The notes beneath the pieces are model-generated. The model searched no databases and had not been told where the DNA came from. It worked only from the letters and a program-made list of their open reading frames with translations. The position numbers and the translations under genes are program-made. DNA of 64,000 nt from a virus: positions 3,904-67,903 of IMG/VR virus record IMGVR_UViG_3300037851_001164. One strand, given 5' to 3'. Shown piece by piece: positions 62,335-64,000 of this stretch. Positions within the stretch are counted from its first letter, which is position 1; each line of letters begins with the position of its first letter.

Positions 62335-62933
62335 CAGGCGGCCAGCCGGAAGAAGACCTGGGGCGTGGTGCCGGAGCGCGGTGCGCCGCCGGACGGAAAC
62401 GTCGCGGGCAGGGCGCCATAGGTCTGGGCCACGGACAGCCCCTGCGCGCCCGTGGTGGGTAGCGTGCTCAGCACCCCCAGGACATCGACCGCCCAGGCAA
62501 GATTCGTGCACCGGAACCAGGCGCTGCCGGTTGCGTTCTTCATCATCGCGAGCCAGTACAGCCGGCCGCCGGCCAGGTTCAAATTGACCGTGACCGACTT
62601 GACCCCGCTGGTGCCCGCGTCCACCTCTCCGGCATCGAACAACAGCGCGTCTGGGTACAGGTTCCCAGTAACGGCCGCGGTGTAGACCCCGAACCGGGCC
62701 AGCGCACCCGAGGCGCCTGTGCTCACGTTGACCGCCAGGCGGTCCAGCGTCATCGCCTCGGCCACCCACAGCGGCTGTGCGAACAGGGTGTCGCCGGCGA
62801 CTATGACCTGCGACGAGTTCAGCCCGCCCACCAGCGCACCGGCGTGATACCAGGCCTCCAGCGGGCTGGTGCCGCGCAGGCACAGCCCGCGCATCGAGTC
62901 GATCAGACCGGCCGCCGGGGCGAGCAGCTCCAC
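62334..62933 (-). CDS. Beta-rich virion decoration/fibre-like protein, copy A1
   Basis: PLWVAEAMTLDRLA.NV, LAGGRLYWLA, VAQTYGALP.TFPSGG shared with A2. Confidence 0.65.
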   Translation of the reverse strand: MELLAPAAGLIDSMRGLCLRGTSPLEAWYHAGALVGGLNSSQVIVAGDTLFAQPLWVAEAMTLDRLAVNVSTGASGALARFGVYTAAVTGNLYPDALLFDAGEVDAGTSGVKSVTVNLNLAGGRLYWLAMMKNATGSAWFRCTNLAWAVDVLGVLSTLPTTGAQGLSVAQTYGALPATFPSGGAPRSGTTPQVFFRLAA

Positions 62934-62943
62934 GGGCGCGACC

Positions 62944-63735
62944 TCAGCCCAGCACCACCACGCGGTAGGCGTTGCTGGCGGGCGCGGCGGCGAAGCGCAC
63001 CACCACGCTGTTGGTGGTGTCGCGCTCCACGTCCACCAGCACCGTGTCGTAGGGCGCGCTGTTGCGGTACACGGCCACGTGCGCGTCGCGGGTGCCCAGG
63101 TTGTGGGTCACCGTGTACTGGGTGGCCGCCCCGTCGCCGATGGCCGCCGCGTAGAGCCGCTTGGCGTTGCTCCAGGTCTTGAGCTTCAGCGGCGTGACGA
63201 TGCGCGCGTCGTCCGTACCTGCGTCGGTCTCGGCCTGGGTGGCCAGCTCGGCGATGCCCGCGCTGGTCTCGGAGGCGGAGCCGGCCGCGGTGCCGAAGGT
63301 AGTCCAGGCCACGCTGCCCGAGCCCAGGGTGAAGTTGACGCTGGTCTGGCGATAGGTGGCCCCGGCGCTGGTGCCCTCCTCCACGGTGACCACCGCCTGC
63401 TCGAGCTCGGCGGCGGTATCGCAGTCGAGCGCCCGGCTCATGGCCACCGCGGCCCCGTTCCACAGGTAGATGCCGTTCTCGGCCTGCGCGGTCTGCGCGC
63501 GCACCAGCACCCGGTCGCCCGCGCTCATCGTGATGCCGTCGATGGTGGCGCCCGGGCTCGACAGGTTGAGATTGCTCTGGGTCGCCACGCGGCAGGAGTC
63601 CTTCCACGCCAGCCCCTCGACCGCACTGTTCAGATCCGCCAGGCGAACCGCGTCATTGGCCGACACCGGGGCGGCCAGACCCGTGATCTTGGCCACCGTC
63701 CCCAGGTCCAGGTCCTGCAACACCTTCACGCTCAT
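62944..63735 (-). CDS. Fibre/decoration protein
   Basis: GDRVLVRAQT..AENGIY, AELATQAETDAGTDDARIVTP (shared with the tail fibres), TVTHNLGTRD. Confidence 0.7.
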   Translation of the reverse strand: MSVKVLQDLDLGTVAKITGLAAPVSANDAVRLADLNSAVEGLAWKDSCRVATQSNLNLSSPGATIDGITMSAGDRVLVRAQTAQAENGIYLWNGAAVAMSRALDCDTAAELEQAVVTVEEGTSAGATYRQTSVNFTLGSGSVAWTTFGTAAGSASETSAGIAELATQAETDAGTDDARIVTPLKLKTWSNAKRLYAAAIGDGAATQYTVTHNLGTRDAHVAVYRNSAPYDTVLVDVERDTTNSVVVRFAAAPASNAYRVVVLG

Positions 63736-63744
63736 CGCTCGCTC

Positions 63745-64000
63745 CTATGCCTGCACCAGCGCCGTGCCGCTCGTGGCCACGGCGAAGTAGATCCGCGCCT
63801 GGTCGGCGCTGACATGCACCACCTCGGCCAGCACCTGCGCCCCGCCCACGTACACCTCGACCGACGGCACGATGCCGAGGTTGTGGTTGACCACCCACTC
63901 GCTAACCGGCACCGACTGGGTGTGCACGTGGATGCGCCCGCCCGCCCCCGCGGGCCCAGGGGGCCCCTGGGTGCCCACCTCGAGCACGCGCAGGCGCTCG
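63745..64000 (-). CDS. Partial fibre/collagen-like protein (5' end outside the window)
   Basis: QGPPGPAG, WVVNHNLG. Confidence 0.6.
   Translation of the reverse strand, partial: ERLRVLEVGTQGPPGPAGAGGRIHVHTQSVPVSEWVVNHNLGIVPSVEVYVGGAQVLAEVVHVSADQARIYFAVATSGTALVQA

Overview
The whole window is one temperate tailed-phage sequence of very high GC (about 70-75% by eye), with no recognisable host housekeeping genes. It reads as the excised or free form: the 3' half of a tRNA-Pro(GGG), flanked by integrase arm-type repeats (attP), sits inside the sequence between the integrase and the tail-fibre genes. From left to right it contains: a C4-type antisense RNA with its sigma70 promoter; a TerS-like gene; a replication module (SSB-like protein, DnaB-like helicase, DUF1376 initiator with internal iterons, primase zinc finger, VRR-NUC nuclease); a tRNA-shaped RNA; a lambda-like cro/cI switch with five 16-bp operators; an unusual recombination module (Gp3-like protein, PolB-type 3'-5' exonuclease, SbcD, SbcC); excisionase, integrase and attP; and a long minus-strand late region. 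The capsid, sheath and tube resemble those of SPO1/Twort-like (Herelleviridae) myoviruses, and two tail fibres carry DUF6519-like (eCIS-type) anchors. A low-GC integron cassette array (two attC sites, a BRCT protein, HicAB, no intI) interrupts the baseplate genes. The strongest candidate for an undescribed system is about 18 kb of polyvalent proteins (SNF2 helicase with a nuclease-like domain, DUF3560, RelA/SpoT-like, RadC/JAB, and a duplicated LPD-ART polyprotein). These share a hydrophobic-x-K-[A/S/G] signal like the predicted capsid maturation site, suggesting a protease-processed, head-packaged cargo set. Portal and large terminase genes are not in the window. All family assignments come from motif recognition by eye; no database searches were run.
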